DNA of 64,000 nucleotides from Eledone cirrhosa (taxonomy: Eukaryota): contig OZ024743.1 in NCBI GenBank assembly GCA_964016885.1, positions 61,070,001 to 61,134,000 of the forward strand, in the 5' to 3' direction. Made by a program: the position numbers and the translations under genes. The notes below the pieces were generated by a model. It was given only the letters and a program-made list of their open reading frames with translations. It was not told the DNA's origin and made no database searches. Below, in pieces: positions 23,903 through 64,000 of this stretch. Position 1 is the first letter of the stretch, and the number at the start of each line of letters is the position of its first letter.

Positions 23903-24699
23903 TAAGCAGCTTACCTGAGATAATTACATATAAATATTCACTTTAACTTTTTGGTCGCACATATATATATATTCCTTTATTTTATTTATAATTCCTTTTT
24001 CCCGTTTATCCTTCTTCCTTTGTACCTTTTCTTATATTTTTCCTTAAATCTTCATTATCAATGTATTATTTGTCTCTACTGGATTGACCGGGATACTAAC
24101 TATATGATTATCTAATTTTTACACATTCGATACTTTATATTTTGGTTGTCATTCTCGATAAGAGGCCAGTTTTTTCCAGTGGGCAATCTTAAATTAATAT
24201 CCAGTTCTGAACCCAATCCCTAATACGAATATACACTTTAGCCAGTTAGATATTGTCCTTAGTATATTGATTGATGTCTAATTTTATGAACTTCTAACTT
24301 TTAACGTCTGAAATTTAGAAGTTGTTGGATTTTTGGGTTGTTAAATCTTAAATATTTTCCATAATAAGTTATATTAACCATAGCAGTAGGTAACTTTCTC
24401 ACTATAGGGTTGATGGTCTGTATATTATGCCTTCATAAATGGGTTGTGGGTATGCATGCACTGAAATTCTGATGGACCCCAAAGTTAGCAGTAAACAGAT
24501 TTGGCTGAATTGATCTCCCACTGACCGTATAGTATTGTCGGCTGAGGTGGTGGGGAACTGGTAGTTAGAGAGAACATATAAGGTTAGTAGTATTCTGGGT
24601 GATAGTGGAGTGGTCAGCCACCCACACCTCTGCGTCTGCGCAGAGCTGTCGGGAGCTATTCCCAGGGCCAAATATCTGTACGATTGAGTGTGTCTAAGA

Positions 24700-25625
24700 C
24701 TGGTGTTCAAACATCACTTGCCCGTAATGCAACAACAAGCATTTCTAACCCAAACAAGCAGTCTGGAAAACCAAACAAGACAAGTGTTCGAACAGTTCAC
24801 ATGGTATGCTGACTTGCGTGTAAAATCCATGGTATGCTGACTTGTAGTGTAAAATCCATGGTATGCTGACTTGCGTGTAAAATCCATGGTATGCTGACTT
24901 GTAGTGTAAAATCCAATTCTTTCTAGCTCATATATCCAAGCCCAACTTCCTCAGGCCACAAATATATCATATTCTACCATCCAACGACGCTATGTTTAGG
25001 ACTTTAACCTTGGGGTCTTTAAGCCAGCGGCCAAGCCTGAACTTTCAAATAAAACCAACAGTTAAACATTCACAATCATTGATTGTCTGGAGATCAATAA
25101 ACATAAAGGGTCAAGCTACATCGACCATAATTCCAGTAAATGTTAACATGTATTTGGAAATCATACGGGAAAAGGTCCCATTGTAGATGGAGAGGCATGT
25201 AGAAATATATATCAACAAGATAGTGCTCCTTACCATAAGGGAAAACCATTGACCAATTCTTTGGAGAATCTGGTATGTATTGAAGTGGTGGCACCATAGC
25301 CATTCAAGTCCTGACTAAAACCCTGATTGAAGACTGTTGGAAATTGATGAAAGACAAAGTTGCCAAGCTAAATCCCAGCTCGATTACTGTTTTACAACAA
25401 AGAATTCTTACTGTATAGACATAACACATTACCCCTGAATATTGTACCGAATAATAATCGTCATCAAACAAAGTACTAATTTGGAATAGACAATTTGTAG
25501 CATAATGCTTTGTGTTGTTTTTTTGTAATAGTATACTCTTATTTATCTAATAATTGTACCTTGTTCAATATTAACCTAACCTAATAAAGTTAGTGGCGTG
25601 ATCTCTGAATTATGCACAACATTCT
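24700..25625 (+). mobile_element. Tc1-family DNA transposon relic
   Basis: PTVKHSQSLIVW, YQQDSAPYH and SPD*NP/IEDCW motifs across frameshifts. Ends CTGAATTATGCACAAC (TIR-like). Internal 28/29-bp repeat x4 at about 24799-24915. Confidence 0.75.
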
Positions 25626-25646
25626 CTCTCTCTATATATATATATT

Positions 25647-25682
<36 letters not shown>

Positions 25683-25710
25683 TGTGTGTGTGTGTGTGTG
25701 TGGGCGTGTG

Positions 25711-25767
<57 letters not shown>

Positions 25768-26569
25768 ATTACATTTTAATAAAAGAACAAACAAAATTAC
25801 ATATAACATTACAAAATACAAAAATCAAATCAAATATTTTGTGCTGCAATAATAAGTTAGTGCTGCAAGGTAATGTGCGTGGCAAAGTAAGAAAGCATTC
25901 TAAAAGTGTGCAGTTACATGCAATTACGTTTCTAGTTAATTAGTGCGACCAAGTAATGTTAGTTATTGCAAGCAGGCAAGGTACAGGGACAAAAACAAAC
26001 TCCTATAGGAATCGTAGCCGTGCAATGATAAAACATGGTAAGTCTTGGATATTTTAAACATCACGGAATACATCCCTTCCACGAATGGAACATAGCTGAT
26101 TTCATCCAGAGAAAACGAGAGGGGGAAGAATCAAAGCCAGTGGTGGAGTGGTGTTATCGTTGAACTCAACGGAATTCGAACTCAGAGACAAGGAATTTGT
26201 CTAAGACTCAACCGACTCAGCCAATATACCACCCTTCATCCCCAACGTCTATTATTAAACTATTAAATATGTATTGCTATTCAACTATTTTAAAAAATCG
26301 TCTCCCGTCAATTTTCCAAAATTAGACCAAACGAAATTTACACACCACTGTACAATACAACAATAAAATGGCATCTCCATAAAATACCTTATATCTTATT
26401 AATAACTTAAATAAAGAATACTCAAGTAAATATTTTAATTAAAATATTTTTATTTTTAAACTGAATGAATTATTAAACACGGCCTTTCTAGTATATATCA
26501 CAAAACATATGAACACGTACTACTGATACATAATATATATGTGTGTACATATGTATATATGTGTGTACG

Positions 26570-26930
26570 CGAAAGTAAAAAGGAATGTGAGGAAGGGCAT
26601 TTCCAGACAGCGAAGGTCCTCCTATGACGCTGACATGCAGTGTCTGTGAGAGACTCTGCCTCAGCAAAGCTGGACTCGAAAGTCATCTTCGCAGTCATAA
26701 AATCAGACCAGTGGTTGACTACCAGGCTGCTGTTGGAGATGCTACTCATCATGCCTGTCAAGCATGTGGAAGAGAATGTAGATCAGCAGGAGGGCTCAAA
26801 CGACACATCAAAAGTAATGAAATTCAACCACAGCCGGCTATTGCCAGTGAATGCTTTGGTTGCCAACTCTGTGCAAGACATTTTAGATCATTAGCTGGGC
26901 TAAAAAGCCACATTCGATCGCAGCACCATT
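26570..26930 (+). mobile_element. 3' end of an RTE-type LINE with three C2H2 zinc fingers
   Basis: CSVCERLCLSKAGLESHLRSH, CQACGRECRSAGGLKRH, CQLCARHFRSLAGLKSHIRS: the SxAGLxSH finger type found at RTE/BovB C-termini. No splice sites or TGEKP linkers. Confidence 0.6.
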
Positions 26931-27640
26931 ACTTTTATTGTGTGTGTGTATGTATGAGTGTGTGTGGATTTGTGTATGTGTGTATGTATATATATGTGTA
27001 TATGTATATATAGATATGTATAGGTGTGTGTGTATGTGTATGTATGTGCGTGTGTGTGTGTGTATGTGTGTGTATGTGTATTTTTTGTTTTTTGTTTATT
27101 ATTATTGTTGATATTTTTTTTTCTCGTGCAATGGCCATACTCAATAACGAAGGGGCAGCCATCATGTGTGTACGTATGTATGTATGCATCTATATATTAT
27201 GTAGTTATGTATATATGTACGGGGACATAGAAATACTCGGTTTGGTGCTCGAGCACGCAGTTAACCCACCAGGAGATAGAGATCTCTCGTCCTTATTAGA
27301 ACATCATTCTAGGAGAAGGAAAACCCTGGTGTCAAATATTTGATTTGATGGCAATCAATGATATCGACTTGTTTACTTTTTGCATACCTGCCACCGTTTT
27401 TCAGAGAATGGGAGTGGGCAAGTGCAAAAGGCATAAGGCATTACTTGACCTAAACATCTTTCCCATATATTACATGAGCATGGCTGGGCGTTACCGAAAA
27501 TGGCTTTCGCTTTTGTTTCTTTCGCTGCACCACATGCAGAGAGGAATGTAACTCCTTTGCTTGTTCCCCCAATGTGTGAGAAGAGGTGATGGCAATTCTC
27601 AATATTGATTTGCAGCCATCATGTATGTATGCATATATTA

Positions 27641-27697
<57 letters not shown>

Positions 27698-28108
27698 ATG
27701 GATACAGGTTTGAAACTGGTTAGAGCCTGGAACTAGCTGTTGAAAAGACAAGGACTCAGCCGTGGGATCCCGACTCTTTATAATATATATATATATATAT
27801 ATATAAGCTAAGATAAATTGTATATTTTGATCAATAGATAATAATTAAAGCATTGACTAGAATATAATGGGTTGATAAAAGGATAGAGAAACCAACAAAT
27901 AAATAGCGCATAAATTAAGACATGCGTCTTAGATATAACTAGAATTTAACTTGGAAATATTAAAATGGATGGTATACGGGCTGTACGTGCGTACATTGAG
28001 ATTTCGACATAAGGCGTGTACATTGTACATTGGATAGGACAAAACACGCAAACTAGAACATAACTAATGTAATATGTGAGCATTAGTAACAGCTGCGTGC
28101 GCCACGTT

Positions 28109-28114
28109 TTTATT
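28109..28114 (-). promoter_or_regulatory. candidate polyadenylation signal of the SLC17 gene
   Basis: AATAAA on the minus strand about 130 nt after the stop codon. Confidence 0.4.
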
Positions 28115-28245
28115 TGATATGCATGCAACCATTGAACCAAAGCTACTTTACATTAAAGGCAGGGAGGTGAAAATCTTGAGATGGATAAGACAGTAAGGAA
28201 AGTAAGCATAAGCAAGCTGCTTGAAATAACAGCTGAAGTGAACTT

Positions 28246-63923
<35,678 letters not shown>

Positions 63924-64000
63924 TGCGTCTTCTTTTTATTTCATTTAAAACCAACTTAATTCTTTATACAAACTAAAATGAAATAAAAAAAATAAAAAAT

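Noticed and set aside
26624-27013. Host C2H2 zinc-finger gene
   Set aside because: No TGEKP linkers or splice signals, the finger type matches LINE C-termini, and the ORF runs into a microsatellite.

Overview
Repeat-rich animal nuclear DNA. The tRNA-derived SINE families resemble those of octopod cephalopods; this is an inference from sequence recall, not a database result. One complete host gene can be rebuilt by hand: an 11-exon, minus-strand SLC17 (sialin-like) MFS transporter, CDS 63923 to 28246, 528 aa, with all introns GT-AG and all phases consistent. The first 11 kb hold a decayed autonomous Helitron (Rep + PIF1 helicase, minus strand). Its Rep domain is split by a full-length, young Gypsy-like LTR retrotransposon (4268-8701, TSD ATCTC, GGGAAAC -1 frameshift signal). 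The rest is SINEs, RTE and CRE LINE fragments, a near-intact R4/Dong-type element in tandem with a truncated second one, a Tc1 relic, MITEs, two kb-scale minisatellites, and many Penelope-like fragments in (TA)n tracts carrying minimal hammerhead ribozymes. Most interesting: (1) the LTR element's primer-binding site is complementary to the 5'-terminal 12 nt of tRNA-Phe rather than to a tRNA 3' end; (2) two unrelated families of palindromes fold back exactly through stem II of a hammerhead ribozyme; (3) several hammerheads have variant cores or architectures; (4) the SLC17 protein lacks both TM4 glutamates.
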